DNA of 62,562 nucleotides from a virus: UHGV virus genome UHGV-0106067; one strand, 5' to 3'. Shown piece by piece: positions 8,177 to 16,891 of this stretch (position 1 is its first letter; each line of letters starts with the position of its first letter). The notes under the pieces were generated by a model. It saw only the letters and a program-made list of their open reading frames with translations, ran no database searches and was not told where the DNA came from. The position numbers and the translations under genes were made by a program.

Positions 8177-8626
8177 TCAGAAAAACGACAGCAGGCGGTT
8201 ATTCAGTTCAGGGCTGTTTGAGCGCCCAAACACATGCTTTAACGCGGCATTAATTATTGCGTTGTAGCAACGTTCAAACTCATCCTGATCCATATTCGCG
8301 TAACTCAGGCTTTTTGCCCGATATCTCACCTCGCCTCTTATGGTTGTGACCACATCATAGAACCCGGCAAGAATTGTCAGATTTTTACGAAACTCATCAA
8401 ACTGCGTCGCTTCATCAGAGAATTCGTATCCAGCATGTTCAGCGCACCAGTACTGAAAGCAGAAATTAAGAAAAGCGAACATCTTCCGGTGAAAAGATGG
8501 GTTACGGGTAAGTTTTGCTTCCAGTGTATACAGCTCACCGTTTTTAAATTTTGCCAGTCGGGGTAAATCGCGCTCATACGCCGGTACAAATACGCCATTA
8601 GCCGCCTTGATCATCTCTATTTCCAT
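8177..8626 (-). CDS. DUF1367-family phage protein
   Basis: 149 aa in the nin-region position. Family assignment is from memory. Confidence 0.5.
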   Translation of the reverse strand: MEIEMIKAANGVFVPAYERDLPRLAKFKNGELYTLEAKLTRNPSFHRKMFAFLNFCFQYWCAEHAGYEFSDEATQFDEFRKNLTILAGFYDVVTTIRGEVRYRAKSLSYANMDQDEFERCYNAIINAALKHVFGRSNSPELNNRLLSFF

Positions 8627-9597
8627 CAGGCAGCCTCCGCTTTGAATTTGCGCGTCAACACATGTTCACGGGCTTCACACCCCTGAATGAGCATGTCGTT
8701 AAAATCCGGCAAGTCAGGCCAGCGAATGCTGACCTTCTCAACGTCATTACGACTCATGAGATTCTTATGCCCACATTTAAAGGCAGCCGCCAGACCTGCG
8801 CCGTGCTCATCATTGTCTGCAAAGATAATCAGGTGATTAACGCCTGGTGGCGCAATAAACTTCTCCATAAAACCGGAGTTCATTGTTGACCACACATTGC
8901 AGCGGAAGATTTGACGGCATGAAAGCGCAGTTTCGATACCCTCGGCTATCCCCAGAGTGGACGACACCGGATACAGGCGTATTGCCACCGATTTGGCATG
9001 CTGCAAACCAGGCAACTCCTGTAGCGCAGTCATTTTTTTAGCCGCCTCTACATTCGCCTTGCGATCACCATCCAGCAACGTACGATGCAGATAGCAAAGA
9101 GAACCTTTGTCATCTGTTGCAATGGCGTAAATTGCCTGATATTCGCGCCCGCTGGCGATCTGACGGTCACAGAAACGCACGGATTCGGTCGGTAACTGGA
9201 GTATTCCCCTCCCCTGCAGGTACGCCTCACCTGTTGTGCCCCGCAGACACGGGAGTCCGGCAAACTTATCCATGACCCGCTCCCGTTCTCTGGCAATATC
9301 CGTTACAGTGCGTCTGGCATGCCCTCTCTTCCAGGTATTACCAACCAGTCGATCGACTTCATCGCACAGATCAACCCAGGGCTTACCCGTGGCAAGTTGC
9401 AACAACTTCATCCCGTCCCCGTGACCACAGACACAAATCCATGAACCGGAACCATCCTTATCATCACAGCGAAATTTACCTCTGGCACCACATATCGGGC
9501 AGGGGCCGCTATAATGTTTCAAGCCAGTAACAGGAGGCATGCCGTAATATTCAAAAATTCGCCCCCAATGCCCGGCCGCTGCCTTCTTAGTCTGCAT
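8626..9597 (-). CDS. Zn-ribbon/Toprim DNA primase
   Basis: CPICG...CVCGHGDG zinc motif and Toprim acidic motif IIFADNDEHGAG. Translationally coupled to the helicase. Confidence 0.8.
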   Translation of the reverse strand: MQTKKAAAGHWGRIFEYYGMPPVTGLKHYSGPCPICGARGKFRCDDKDGSGSWICVCGHGDGMKLLQLATGKPWVDLCDEVDRLVGNTWKRGHARRTVTDIARERERVMDKFAGLPCLRGTTGEAYLQGRGILQLPTESVRFCDRQIASGREYQAIYAIATDDKGSLCYLHRTLLDGDRKANVEAAKKMTALQELPGLQHAKSVAIRLYPVSSTLGIAEGIETALSCRQIFRCNVWSTMNSGFMEKFIAPPGVNHLIIFADNDEHGAGLAAAFKCGHKNLMSRNDVEKVSIRWPDLPDFNDMLIQGCEAREHVLTRKFKAEAA

Positions 9598-11107
9598 GCT
9601 GGCCTCCTGTCATGGCTTTCTTGCGCCCTTTGGCATAGGCAATGGTCTTTGACTTGATGAAGTTGTACACTTCAACTGAGGTTTGCAGCGGCGCATTACT
9701 GAAGCCTTTAGGCCACACACCGAACTTCTCCTTGTAGGTATGAGCGCACCATCCGTCACTCAGGGGTTTACCCGTCGCGTTGCGGTAATTCTGATAACCC
9801 TTGATCTCACTCCACCAACGCTGTTTTTCCTCACGGGTGTATTCGCGTTTCCCTTTGTTGACGCGTGAAAGCTTACGATCGCGATCTGTCGCCACGTCAT
9901 CACCACCAAGTGGGCGAAATCCACATTTGGGACACATGTGTACACCAGCAGGCTTCATGAAGTGGCATTTGGGGCATTCTCTGGGAAGTTTTTCAGCTTT
10001 AACCTCGCCACCGCCAGCAGACGCTTTCATTCCGTCATTTTTTCCCGGAAGTTCGTCATACTCGATATCCTCGGGGAAGCCCAGCCGATGAACCGTACCG
10101 GAATGGTCGAAAATCAATGCGCGTTTTTTACCAGACGCAGTACGTAACGCTCTCCCGATGCACTGCAACCAGCGGATTTCTGATTTGGTCGGACGGGCGT
10201 AGATCAGGCAGCGAACATCGCTGTCAAATCCCGCAACCAGTACGCCGACGTTGACAATTATTTTGGTCGCACCATCTTCAAAACGGCGAATGATATCCTG
10301 CCGTTCATCATGGGGGGTATCTGCCGTCATCACCTCTGCGCCAATGCCAGACTGTAAAAACTCACGGGTAACAAAGTTCGCATGAGCCACGTTCACGCAG
10401 AAGCAGATCGTCGGTAAATCCTCGCCATTCTCAAGCCAGTTGCTAACGATATCGCCAACCAGATCCGAACTCCCCATGATGGATGCGAGCTGTTCCTCGT
10501 TGTAATCCCGTCCAAATACGGTGTTACTGGTTTTTACGCCAGTCAGATCAGGCATTGAGGGGGCAAAAAACTCGTAATCGCTCAGATCACCACGCTGAAT
10601 AAGTTCACGAATCGTTGTAGGCTTGATCAGGCATTCGTAGTACTTCCCCATCCAGGCTGCGAATGGGGTGCCGGAAAGTCCAAGAACCCTGATGTCTCTG
10701 TCCCGGATAACCTCAAGTAACGCACGACGCTTCATGTGTGCTTCATCGATGATCAGCAGATCGATGTTGTCAGGAAACTCACGACGGATCAGCGTGTCGG
10801 CACTGGCAATCTGAATCAGTCGTGACGGGTCATAGTTAGGGTGATCACGCCATACAAAACTGATTTCTTCCCACGGTAAACCGTATTCGGTGAAACGTTC
10901 CGCTGTCTGGTTCAGCAGGATGGTGTACGGACAGACAAACATCACCCGCATACCACGTTCAACCATTCCGGCGGTGACGAATGCTGCAAGACCAGTTTTG
11001 CCAGAGCCAGTGGGTGCGTACATCAAGTACGTGCGATGCTGTTTCCACTGGTGCCGCAGCTGGTTTAAACCGCGCTCCTGAGCAAAGTTTGGGATTATTT
11101 TCAGCAT
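9587..11107 (-). CDS. SF2 DEAD/DEAH-box replicative helicase with C-terminal Zn ribbon
   Basis: Walker A APTGSGKT, DEAH (IIDEAHM), motif VI QCIGRALR, CPKC...CPKC. Confidence 0.85.
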   Translation of the reverse strand: MLKIIPNFAQERGLNQLRHQWKQHRTYLMYAPTGSGKTGLAAFVTAGMVERGMRVMFVCPYTILLNQTAERFTEYGLPWEEISFVWRDHPNYDPSRLIQIASADTLIRREFPDNIDLLIIDEAHMKRRALLEVIRDRDIRVLGLSGTPFAAWMGKYYECLIKPTTIRELIQRGDLSDYEFFAPSMPDLTGVKTSNTVFGRDYNEEQLASIMGSSDLVGDIVSNWLENGEDLPTICFCVNVAHANFVTREFLQSGIGAEVMTADTPHDERQDIIRRFEDGATKIIVNVGVLVAGFDSDVRCLIYARPTKSEIRWLQCIGRALRTASGKKRALIFDHSGTVHRLGFPEDIEYDELPGKNDGMKASAGGGEVKAEKLPRECPKCHFMKPAGVHMCPKCGFRPLGGDDVATDRDRKLSRVNKGKREYTREEKQRWWSEIKGYQNYRNATGKPLSDGWCAHTYKEKFGVWPKGFSNAPLQTSVEVYNFIKSKTIAYAKGRKKAMTGGQHAD

Positions 11108-11487
11108 GACGCCCCCTTGCTACGTGATTTACCCGTTGCCGGGATCACGTCGATCTCATCGCTAACGTATTGATCCGGATTACGTGAACAGCGCAGAAGC
11201 ACGATACCAGGAATGCCGTATAGCTTGAGTCTGCGCAGTTTCAGTATTGAACGTGCCCGTGGTGACGCTCTGTCCACCTCGATCGCGCACCGTTCACCAG
11301 ATGGGGCAACGACCATGATATCGACGAATCCGCGCTTACCGTTGCCCATATCAACCAGATAATTACGTTCGATCGCCAGTCCGGCATCACGCAATTTGGC
11401 AGCCAGCACATAATCAAACGTGACCTTGTCTTTTCCGGTGTAGAATTTGTTTCCGAGCAGGCTGATAACCACATGTTTGATGAACAT
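11101..11487 (-). CDS. Hypothetical protein, possibly a Vsr/DUF559-like PD-(D/E)xK fold
   Basis: GFVDIMVV...CAIEVD resembles the D...E-x-D/K nuclease core. Weak. Confidence 0.35.
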   Translation of the reverse strand: MFIKHVVISLLGNKFYTGKDKVTFDYVLAAKLRDAGLAIERNYLVDMGNGKRGFVDIMVVAPSGERCAIEVDRASPRARSILKLRRLKLYGIPGIVLLRCSRNPDQYVSDEIDVIPATGKSRSKGASC

Positions 11488-11657
11488 GGTACTATTTCCA
11501 CTGTGATAGTTAGCACAATAATAATTTCGCCAGAAACTATCGCGCCCTATACAGTGATCTACCTAACCTATGGAGCTGCCTTCCTCTGGTAGTGCCCTTA
11601 CGGGCACGGATGTTACAGATCTGCCCCCTTACCCCCTTCTTAGTAAAATTTCAAGCC

Positions 11658-11681
11658 AAATAATTTCATATGAAATTATTT
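11658..11681. repeat. Perfect 24-bp palindrome AAATAATTTCAT|ATGAAATTATTT in the intergenic region upstream of the replication operon
   Basis: Read directly. A GTGCCC-ttac-GGGCAC hairpin lies about 50 bp away (about 11592-11607). Confidence 0.9.
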
Positions 11682-11709
11682 CACAAAAAAATAATCACCT
11701 TGATGAGGT

Positions 11710-11991
11710 CTATTCCTTCCGTATCGCTACTGGCGAAAGCATCCAGCCACGGCTGGCTCTCGCGTACTTCTGGACATACACCCGTAACCGGGTGTTGGCG
11801 CTCCGTCTTGCCCTGTTGCCCTTCCTGAACGATACAGGCTCCTTGTCCCACTCTTCCTGGTACACTCTCGCGTACTCTGCTGCAATTTTTACCCGGGTGG
11901 TCGGGTCTAGCTGTAACAATTGCTCCTGTATCCAGTCCCGATCAGCATCGCTGTACTGATCGGGCATAACCGTTTTGATTTGCCTGTTCAC
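11710..11991 (-). CDS. Hypothetical protein in the cII position
   Basis: 93-aa ORF directly after cro. No recognisable motif. Confidence 0.5.
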   Translation of the reverse strand: MNRQIKTVMPDQYSDADRDWIQEQLLQLDPTTRVKIAAEYARVYQEEWDKEPVSFRKGNRARRSANTRLRVYVQKYARASRGWMLSPVAIRKE

Positions 11992-12021
11992 TCACACCTC
12001 CGATGGGCTGTGTGTCCAGGA

Positions 12022-12225
12022 TTAATCATCGCCTCTTACGAACGCAGGGAACGGTCGAACCTCTTCCGCCTCAACTCTGCCGTCATCAAAGGTTTTGACG
12101 TAAATTTCACGTCCGACAAGAAGCGCTTTACTGATCGCGCTCTGCGCCACACCAAAGTCCTTAGCGGCTTTCTTCTGACCGAACCTGTATACGTAATCAG
12201 CCAGGGTCTCTTTTTTCATCGCCAT
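12022..12225 (-). CDS. cro: Cro repressor
   Basis: [28 protein letters not shown]...AEEVRPFP parallels lambda Cro. SD AAGGAG 6 nt before ATG 12225. Confidence 0.85.
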   Translation of the reverse strand: MAMKKETLADYVYRFGQKKAAKDFGVAQSAISKALLVGREIYVKTFDDGRVEAEEVRPFPAFVRGDD

Positions 12226-12320
12226 AACTGACTCCTTCAAAATGCCCATATCATTACGCACAGTTATTAAAATGTCAACACCGCAGATATTTCATTACAT
12301 ATAACCAAAGGTGATATGGT
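12226..12320. promoter_or_regulatory. OR region: divergent PR (minus: -35 TTGACA 12273-12278, -10 TAATGA 12251-12256) and a PRM-like promoter, with lambda-type operator half-sites
   Basis: Partially palindromic sites ATATAACCAAAGGTGATAT, AACACCGCAGATATT and ATATCATTACGCACAGTTAT. The (A/C)CACCGCA and ATAACCA cores recur at PL. Confidence 0.55.
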
Positions 12321-13034
12321 ATGAACATGAAAAAGAAACCGTTAACCCCTGAGCAACTGGAAGACGCCAAGCGTCTGAAAAGTATTTTTAACGCTAAAAA
12401 GAAAGAGTTAGGCCTGTCGCAGGAATCATTAGCCTATGAATTAGGTGTTACCCAAAGCGCTGTTAATCAGCTAATGGCTGGCATCAACGCCATAAATGCC
12501 AGCCACGCAGCACAGCTTGCTAAGATACTGAATGTAAAGGTCGGAGATTTCAGTCCCAGCCTGGCAAAATCTATTGCAGAAATGGCGCTCGCAATTGAAG
12601 AGCCATTAACTCGTGTCCCCGCTTACGAATATCCGTTACTCTCCTGCGTACAAGCTGGCGCATTCTCAATGGATGATATTTCGTACACCGCAAAAGATGC
12701 GATTAAATGGATCTCCACCACCACAAAAGCCAGTGACAGGTCGTTCTGGCTGGAGGTCAAGGGGCATTCAATGACCGCACCGCAGGGTGGTAAACCCAGC
12801 TTCCCTGAAGGTATGCTGATACTCGTTGACCCTGAACGGGAAATCGAGGATGGCGATTTTTGCGTGGCCCGAATGAACGGCGATGAATTTACCTTCAAAC
12901 GATTCATTCGTGAGAGCGGTAAAGCGTACCTGGAGCCGCTCAACCCACGATTCGACATGATTGAGTGTAACGAAAACTGCCAGTTTGTCGGAAAGGTCAT
13001 CAAATCGCAGTGGAATGATGATACTTTTGATTGA
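12321..13034 (+). CDS. cI: CI repressor (HTH + S24 LexA-like autopeptidase)
   Basis: [23 protein letters not shown]. Ser/Lys dyad context GHSM ... FKRF. 237 aa. Confidence 0.9.
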   Translation: MNMKKKPLTPEQLEDAKRLKSIFNAKKKELGLSQESLAYELGVTQSAVNQLMAGINAINASHAAQLAKILNVKVGDFSPSLAKSIAEMALAIEEPLTRVPAYEYPLLSCVQAGAFSMDDISYTAKDAIKWISTTTKASDRSFWLEVKGHSMTAPQGGKPSFPEGMLILVDPEREIEDGDFCVARMNGDEFTFKRFIRESGKAYLEPLNPRFDMIECNENCQFVGKVIKSQWNDDTFD

Positions 13035-13130
13035 GCTCACAGAGCGATATTAATAACCTTGCCGGGAGATGCTTGGGAAGCGATTTTCTGGCATTATTAT
13101 CTGAGTTGCCCACAACCTATAGAGTCTTAC

Positions 13131-13292
13131 ATGAAAAAATCATTTGCTGTATTGTTCGTTTTGTTGTCACTGGTAGCTTCGACTCAATCATTCGCTGGTC
13201 GTTGCCAACACGACAATGATACCGCTGCTGACGGCTCTCGTTGTGGTGGTCGTTCTGCTGATTCTCGTCCTGGCGGTGGTGGTATTCGCTAA
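13131..13292 (+). CDS. Small signal-peptide protein co-oriented with cI; frame ambiguous (see finding)
   Basis: MKKSFAVLFVLLSLVASTQSFA|GRC... The stop sits just before a terminator. An overlapping +1 frame encodes a very hydrophobic helix. Confidence 0.4.
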   Translation: MKKSFAVLFVLLSLVASTQSFAGRCQHDNDTAADGSRCGGRSADSRPGGGGIR

Positions 13293-13296
13293 AAAC

Positions 13297-13323
13297 AAGG
13301 CCGCTTTCCCGGCCTTTATTTCA
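13297..13323 (+). terminator. Intrinsic terminator ending the cI transcription unit
   Basis: GGCCG-ctttcc-CGGCC followed by TTTATTT. Confidence 0.65.
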
Positions 13324-13471
13324 ATACGTTCAGACAGAATTTTTGGCCTGTTGTTAACTAGTAACCTGAAGAGACGTTTGGGTGATGTTTGGGTGATTTT
13401 AGTTGTGATTAACGAAAACTATGGTGCAACATCTTATAGTAAATTGTTAATATAACAAGGTATTGTATCAA

Positions 13472-14374
13472 ATGAGCCAAAATCTTGATTCAACACTAGA
13501 AACATACATCTCTTGGCAGTTAGAGCAATTTAAGGATAAATTTTTCCCAAACTGTGACGTCATTGCGTACTACGGTGGCATCTTTCCATGGTCAAAAGAA
13601 GTTTACCAGCCAAAACTTGAAGCTATTGGTGAGATGGCTAACAGTCGTACCAATAAATTTCTTGTTATTATACTCAATACAAACGGTGGTTCTGTTGAGT
13701 CTGTAGAAAAAATGGTAGAAATTACAAGGCATTTCTACCAAGAGGTATATTTTATCATTCCAGACATGGCTATGTCGGCAGGTACAATATGGTGCATGTC
13801 TGGAGATAAAATTTACATGGACTATGCTTCTTCATTAGGACCTATTGATCCTCAAGTGCAATCGTCGGACGGTAAATGGGTTCCCGCTTTGGGATACCTT
13901 GATAAAGTTGAAGAAATGATTAATAAATCCAGAGAAGGAACCATTACCCAAGCTGAACTGATGATGCTTAGTCAGTTAGATCTGGCGCACTTGCGGAGAT
14001 ATGAGCAAGCCAGAGAACTATCAATAGACTTGCTTAAGAAATGGCTTGTGGAGTATAAATTTAGAGAGTGGACAGTTCATCAGGGTAACACAAAACGAGG
14101 AAAGCTAGTTACCAAGAGGGAAAAGGAAGCGAGGGCTAAAATGATCGCTACCGCTCTTAGTGACAACGGAAAGTGGCATTCTCACGGAAGAACGATAGGA
14201 ATAAACACTCTTATCAATGACTTAAGGATAAAAGTAGAAGACTTTACATACGATAAAGATTTTAGCATGGCGTTAAAAAATATACATAACGTCATTAATG
14301 AATACATGTATAAAACAAATCGACAGGTTCTTGTTCTGTCTTCTTTCCCTTTTCCAGAACAAAGTGAGTCATAA
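13472..14374 (+). CDS. ClpP/SppA-fold serine protease of the SDH (serine dehydrogenase proteinase, S49-like) type
   Basis: LNTNGGSVESVEKM and DMAMSAGTIWCMSGDKIYM match the Clp-fold nucleophile region. The segment looks AT-rich. Start taken at ATG 13472. Confidence 0.65.
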   Translation: MSQNLDSTLETYISWQLEQFKDKFFPNCDVIAYYGGIFPWSKEVYQPKLEAIGEMANSRTNKFLVIILNTNGGSVESVEKMVEITRHFYQEVYFIIPDMAMSAGTIWCMSGDKIYMDYASSLGPIDPQVQSSDGKWVPALGYLDKVEEMINKSREGTITQAELMMLSQLDLAHLRRYEQARELSIDLLKKWLVEYKFREWTVHQGNTKRGKLVTKREKEARAKMIATALSDNGKWHSHGRTIGINTLINDLRIKVEDFTYDKDFSMALKNIHNVINEYMYKTNRQVLVLSSFPFPEQSES

Positions 14375-14545
14375 ATGAACAAAGACAAATCCCTGACACA
14401 ACAAGTGGAAGAAATACTTAGCAAGCAAAAAGTTAGCGAGCAAGGAAAAATGATTCAATCATTAAAGAACAGGGGCTTGATCAACAAGCCTGTTTTTACT
14501 TTGGCTTATGGACCAGATATTACAACCTGCCAAATGCACCAATAA
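14375..14545 (+). CDS. 56-aa protein translationally coupled to the protease
   Basis: Hand translation: MNKDKSLTQQVEEILSKQKVSEQGKMIQSLKNRGLINKPVFTLAYGPDITTCQMHQ. The ATG directly abuts the protease stop codon (TAA-ATG). Below the track cutoff. Confidence 0.5.
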   Translation: MNKDKSLTQQVEEILSKQKVSEQGKMIQSLKNRGLINKPVFTLAYGPDITTCQMHQ

Positions 14546-14548
14546 CAA

Positions 14549-14577
14549 AACCCGGCCTTGGTGCCGGGTTTTGTTTG
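14549..14577 (+). terminator. Intrinsic terminator closing the protease cassette
   Basis: CCCGGC-cttggt-GCCGGG followed by TTTTGTTT. Confidence 0.8.
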
Positions 14578-14661
14578 CCTCCTGCTCGCCCCACCATTTA
14601 CCAGTGCGCCGTAAATTCCCCATTCTTCGTGGCGGTGAGGATGTCAAAGACGAAGGGAACA

Positions 14662-15006
14662 TTAAGCCCCTGTGTGATGGTTGACTTCTTTTTCCAGCGC
14701 CTTATTAACAAAGGCGTTCAGTGATAAATCTTCTTCCATCGCCATTTCTGCTACCCGACGATGCAGTTCTGGATCAAGCCTGACGTTAAACACACCTTTA
14801 AACGGGGTATCAGGCTCCTTTCCATCCTCCACACAAGACTGTAAATACAGCTCAACCGATGTCTTAAACTCCTGTTCCAGTTCAGCTAATGTAGAAGCCT
14901 CATAAGTTACCAGGTCTCGAATAAACGCCAGTTTTCCGTACAGGATATTATTTTCAAAATCTGGTTCTACTGTACCTAAATACCCTTTATATTTTAGATG
15001 CTTCAT
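14662..15006 (-). CDS. hicB: HicB antitoxin (HicB fold + C-terminal RHH)
   Basis: YKGYLGTVEPDFENNILYGK... plus RHH FNVRLDPELHRRVAEMAMEEDLSLNAFV. Confidence 0.85.
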   Translation of the reverse strand: MKHLKYKGYLGTVEPDFENNILYGKLAFIRDLVTYEASTLAELEQEFKTSVELYLQSCVEDGKEPDTPFKGVFNVRLDPELHRRVAEMAMEEDLSLNAFVNKALEKEVNHHTGA

Positions 15007-15257
15007 AATACCCCAGCCTCTTTCAGATTCTGTTTAATCGCTTTCAGCGTTCCACCTTTAATATAACTTTCTGGATGTGGGCGATGCATTAATATGGTGT
15101 GGTTGATTTCAGCATTGAAAAACCGCACTCTTGAGCCCTGCATTTCCTTTTTGACATCTCCCAGAGAGGAAAACAAAACGACCAGCTCATCCCATTCAAA
15201 CGTTTTTTTACTGTTTAAAAACTTTTCCAGTAGCTTATCTGCTTTCCCCATACCCAC
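15003..15257 (-). CDS. hicA: HicA mRNA-interferase toxin
   Basis: 84 aa, GSRVRFF...ILMHRPHP...GTLKAIKQNLKEAG. Overlaps hicB by 4 nt. Confidence 0.85.
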   Translation of the reverse strand: MGMGKADKLLEKFLNSKKTFEWDELVVLFSSLGDVKKEMQGSRVRFFNAEINHTILMHRPHPESYIKGGTLKAIKQNLKEAGVL

Positions 15258-15501
15258 ATAATCTCATCTTCGCTACATTGCAACTAATTATAGTTACAGG
15301 CAGTGTTTTTGTCAAAAGCCACCAAGCCCGCTGGGTTCTCTTTGACTGTTCGCTGCTTTTCCTGGTGTTATCCGGGGGCTTTTCCCTCACGCCAAATCTC
15401 ACACAGAGTAACCGGCCCGCGCCGGCTTTTCTTTGACCGCACTCCGCTAACCGCCCCCTTGAAAAATAAATCACTTTAAAAATCAGTTAAGTAATATTTT
15501 T

Positions 15502-15530
15502 TTGACCCCAATAACCACCAACGGTATTTA
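15502..15530 (+). promoter_or_regulatory. PL-like early-left promoter with flanking operator-like sites
   Basis: -35 TTGACC, 17-nt spacer, -10 TATTTA. Sites AATAACCACCAACGGTATT and AATCACCGCAAGTTATATT share cores with OR. Confidence 0.6.
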
Positions 15531-15634
15531 CACAAAAATCACCGCAAGTTATATTTATTTCAAGCCAGAAACATCGCGCCCTTACACAGGGCTACATAAA
15601 TCAGTCGTACGGCGCGACTTAACCCGCCGCAAAA

Positions 15635-15647
15635 TGCTCTTTAACAA
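15635..15647 (+). promoter_or_regulatory. boxA antitermination element (rrn/P22-type consensus)
   Basis: Exact TGCTCTTTAACAA about 100 nt downstream of the PL start. A boxB-like hairpin GCCCT-tacac-AGGGC at 15578-15592 lies upstream of it. Confidence 0.6.
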
Positions 15648-16056
15648 TCTGGAGCTTTACAGCGTCAATGACCTGTTTAGACCCCTACACGTAAACGTGC
15701 TGTATCATCGGGTGCGATCCGGTCGATGAGAGAGTATCCCCGCGCGAGAGCGAGAACGGCGTGAGAACGGGCAACACTGGCAGGAAGTTGGCGCTGACCA
15801 ATACAGGGAATGTTTTGGGGTGTGGTGAAGGGTTCATGGACGGGAATATGTCGCACGTAAAGCGGCGAGGCCCGAGGGACTATTGCTGAAGATAAGTAGG
15901 CCGAATCGGGTCGAAATGGGTCTCCCACCTGCCACATCGCCAAAGCATTTCCGAGAAAGGACGGTATTGACTGCGTGTGATGTCGGGGCTATATTTGGCG
16001 AACACCTCATAAAACGGGTGTCGGGATTCTCACCCCGCTGACAATCGAGGCGATAC

Positions 16057-16079
16057 AGACGCGCCAGCGTCTTTTTTTG
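16057..16079 (+). terminator. Intrinsic terminator inside the PL leader, upstream of the first early-left gene
   Basis: GACGC-gcca-GCGTC followed by T7. Confidence 0.8.
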
Positions 16080-16243
16080 TATCGACATACACGCACATCT
16101 TATCAATGGTGGGCTGTATGGGGCCGACTTCGGTCGGGCTGGTTCCCTTGATTGCCAGTTGTGAGAACCCTGTACAGTCCACCGCCAGCGAGCTTCTCAC
16201 CTCCTGCGGTGGTTATTAATCACCAATCAAGGAGGCTGCCATT

Positions 16244-16891
16244 ATGGCTACTATCCCAGTCCTTTCTCAACCTGAAATCACCATTTCCAATGGTCGCGTT
16301 ATCACAACGTCTATTGCTATTGCTGAATTTTTTGACAAGCGGCACGACGACGTTTTAAAAAAAATCCGATTGATGGATTGTTCTACGGAATTTAACGCCC
16401 GCAATTTTTCGGACGTTACCTACACCGACGCCAAAGGCGAACAACGCCCAATGTACCAAATCACCAAAAACGGATTCGTTTTCCTGGTGATGGGGTTCAC
16501 TGGCAAAAAAGCCGCCGCTTTCAAAGAAGCCTACATTGCTGAATTCGATCGCATGGAAAAACAACTATGGGAACAGAAACAACTGGCCCTGTCTTCTCCT
16601 GCGATGAATATCAATTTCCCTTTGTCGTGGTTTTCAGAGCATCACCCCTATGCCACGATGAACTATGTTGATCGCAAGGTTATCAGCCTTGATGCTTCCG
16701 TGCTCTTCGATATGCCAAGCCCAACTATGCGCATCCTCAACGAGCTACACAGCAAGGGCTATAACGTCGACGCAGCTGTCGCTGAATTTAACGCCTTCAA
16801 ACATCTGACGGAAGAAATGCGCCGTAAATTGCTGGATATTTCCCGCACATCGGAAAAGTCTTCCCGCTTTGGTTTCAACGTTAATCTTTAA
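16244..16891 (+). CDS. rha: Rha-family phage regulatory protein
   Basis: N-terminus ITISNGRVITTSIAIAEFFDKRHDDVLKKIR... is typical Rha. SD AAGGAGG. Confidence 0.75.
   Translation: MATIPVLSQPEITISNGRVITTSIAIAEFFDKRHDDVLKKIRLMDCSTEFNARNFSDVTYTDAKGEQRPMYQITKNGFVFLVMGFTGKKAAAFKEAYIAEFDRMEKQLWEQKQLALSSPAMNINFPLSWFSEHHPYATMNYVDRKVISLDASVLFDMPSPTMRILNELHSKGYNVDAAVAEFNAFKHLTEEMRRKLLDISRTSEKSSRFGFNVNL

Noticed and set aside
15235-16106. ORFs 15235..15474, 15502..15729, 15677..15943 and 15834..16106 in the hicA-rha gap
   Set aside because: They have no SD sequences. One starts with the TTG of the PL -35 box and spans boxA. Others run across the intrinsic terminator. Their composition is not protein-like, so the region is treated as a noncoding leader.
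12226-16243. N antiterminator, cII/cIII and rexAB/sieB homologues
   Set aside because: No Arg-rich N-like ORF, no CII-like HTH after cro, and no Rex-like proteins were found by hand translation. The absence is noted rather than any weak candidate annotated.
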